The notes beneath the pieces were generated by a model that saw only the letters and a program-made list of their open reading frames with translations, searched no databases and had not been told where the DNA came from. A DNA stretch of 63,202 nucleotides, the filler included, from Octopus bimaculoides (lineage: Eukaryota): NCBI RefSeq assembly GCF_001194135.2. It is 5 parts of 5 records of this genome, joined end to end, with 100 filler letters (N's around TTAATTAATTAA, not from the genome) between each part and the next. Parts side by side here need not be neighbours in the genome. Positions count along the whole stretch, not along the records: positions 53,721 to 61,989 come from NC_068991.1; positions 62,090 to 63,202 come from NW_026377791.1; 3 more parts are not named here. One strand, 5' to 3'. Positions within the stretch are counted from its first letter, which is position 1, and each line of letters starts with the position of its first letter. The translations under genes were made by a program, and so were the position numbers. Positions 61,431 through 63,202 of the stretch are shown here, one piece after another.

Positions 61431-61559
61431 TCAGTAAGTGCTGACTATTATCGCTAAAATGATGTCAAACTCATCATTAATCTATACTGAAAGGGACACA
61501 CATTCCTTCGTCTCCGTGTATTCTCTTAACTACCCACACGGCTCATTAGAAGTGGTCGA

Positions 61560-61740
61560 TATCTTCATTGGCTCATGTAGAATGGGGGATGAAGGATGAG
61601 AGGTGAAGTGAAAGTCTAGTCTGGGAATGAAGTTTTAAGCCTTGAGGTGGTGTGGTCTGTAGATGATATAGTGTTATATAAGGGGTCTGCTGTTTCAAGA
61701 AAGGGGATGTCTTGTTTGTTGGAGTTTAACACAGGGGAGT
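61560..61740 (-). mobile_element. Possible Penelope RT thumb-region remnant
   Basis: Weak matches (SPFL...; LDFHFTSHP, compare LHF.S.HP). Confidence 0.25.
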
Positions 61741-61810
61741 AGCGATATATATGTTAAGTATGAGGTCAATAGAGGAAAGATTAGTGAAACAGTATTGAAT
61801 AATTAAATAA

Positions 61811-61974
61811 TAGGCGTAGGAGTGGCTGTGTGGTAAGTAGCTTGCTTACGAACCCCATGGTTCCGGGTTCAGTCCCACTGCGGGCCAACTTGGGCAAGTG
61901 TCTTCTACAGCCTCGGGCCGACCAAAGCCTTGTGAGTGAATTTGGTAGACGGAAACTGGAAGAAGCCCGTCGTA
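61811..61974 (+). mobile_element. SINE family A, well-preserved
   Basis: TAGGCGTAGGAGTGGCTGTGTGGTAAG (A-box-like)...GGTTCAGTCCC (B-box-like), CTTGGGCAAGTGTCTTC (CORE-like) and GGAAACTGGAAGAAGCCCGTCG, then (TA)n. Confidence 0.9.
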
Positions 61975-61989
61975 TATATATATATATAT

Positions 61990-62089
61990 NNNNNNNNNNN
62001 NNNNNNNNNNNNNNNNNNNNNNNNNNNNNNNNNTTAATTAATTAANNNNNNNNNNNNNNNNNNNNNNNNNNNNNNNNNNNNNNNNNNNN
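61990..62089. other. Artificial scaffold linker
   Basis: 44 N + TTAATTAATTAA (62034-62045) + 44 N. Confidence 0.95.
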
Positions 62090-62491
62090 ATATCCTTGGA
62101 CATTGTTTATGCATACATTTGATACTTGCACTGTACTGTCCCAATGTTTTATGAACACTTAGTCCCCAATAAACAAAATTTATATATGAAAACATCGTTT
62201 GTTGTTCACAGCTTCTGTGTCCACTGAGCCGACATACTGATGTATGTACATACAGACATGCATTTATACATAAATTCATACATAGATAAATACGTAAGTG
62301 TATACATTCATCCATGAATACATGAATATATTCATGTATGCCAACATAAAAGCATATTGCATGCAATCATATATATAGACACAAATATGTTTTTATAAAT
62401 GCATTCGATCATACTCAAGTACATGCATATATAGACACACACACACACGTACACACTCAAACATAGACTCACGTACAGGCATACATACATA

Positions 62492-62533
62492 TATGACGGG
62501 TTTCTTTCAGTTCTGTCTTCCAAATCCACTTAT
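62492..62533 (-). mobile_element. SINE family A, short 3' fragment
   Basis: ATGACGGGTTTCTTTCAGTTCTGTCTTCCAAATCCACTT is the reverse complement of the A-part end. Confidence 0.7.
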
Positions 62534-63202
62534 AAAGTGCTTTCAATACTCAACAGGCCACACAACTTGATATTTTCATGTTTGATTTGAATCCATTTTA
62601 GCTTTTGTAGATTGTCTTTCGTACATCACAAGACTTATATGTATATCAAATGAAAAATTGCTTGATAATGATGCTGTCTTTTCTTTTATATGATGAACAC
62701 TATTTTGTGCAGTTGGAACTTGTTTTCAGGTTTAGTGCAAAGTTCTAATAGCAGAGTTATTTTGATCTTTCCTATCATTTGAAATTGAATCCTGCCTTTT
62801 TGTTTCAAGATCCTTATCCTACACCTACATTGAAGTCTCATGCTTTAGCAAAATCCTTTATTTTTGCTTACATGTTAGAAAATTGCTTAGGACAATGCTT
62901 AGAAATCACAAACCAAGAAATTTATAAAATCCTCCATTGAATGATATAATTTGCAGTTGTATTTTGTAATTGTCATCAAGGAAAATATATGCTGTGATAA
63001 GCCTAAGCATTCAAATTTTGTTTTGTGAGTTGTTTAGTCAACAGAAACTACCAACAAAGCACAGTTATTGGTTTTAATAAAAAAAATTAAAAAATTAAAT
63101 AGTAAAATTATTAAAGTTTTGGCACTACAACATGTAAAGAAATTTTTTATATTTTAAATAAATAACTACATTGGAAAATAGGAATTATCACTGGCAATAG
63201 GT

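Overview
Eukaryotic, AT-rich, microsatellite-dense draft genomic DNA. The SINE families and repeat landscape resemble an octopus (cephalopod) genome; this is an inference from recognised repeat families, not a database match. The window is not contiguous. Four identical 100-bp linkers (44 N + TTAATTAATTAA + 44 N) join five separate pieces: 1-23101, 23202-39714, 39815-53620, 53721-61989 and 62090-63202. There are also ten ordinary N gaps. One credible host gene is present: a 629-codon minus-strand terminal exon (41805-43694) encoding an unnamed coiled-coil protein with an acidic tract, with possible upstream coding segments at about 45 kb. Almost everything else is transposon debris: at least three tRNA-derived SINE families, two mariner remnants, Tc1 and hAT remnants, and LINE fragments of the CR1/L2, RTE, L1/Tx1, R4/Dong and Penelope types. 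The most interesting signal is a set of hammerhead-ribozyme (HHR) motifs. A 474-bp foldback element (46885-47358) carries a minimal type I HHR on each strand, pointing outwards. A tandem dimer of ~190-bp units each carries an HHR-like motif (retrozyme-like, 49642-50035). A decayed HHR lies at 36416-36460, and a Penelope fragment with inverted pseudo-LTRs lies at 8755-9484. An unidentified, heavily decayed coding-like region (about 17-20 kb, partly duplicated at 14 kb) also deserves a search. No CRISPR, rRNA or true tRNA genes were seen. All alignments and translations were done by eye.
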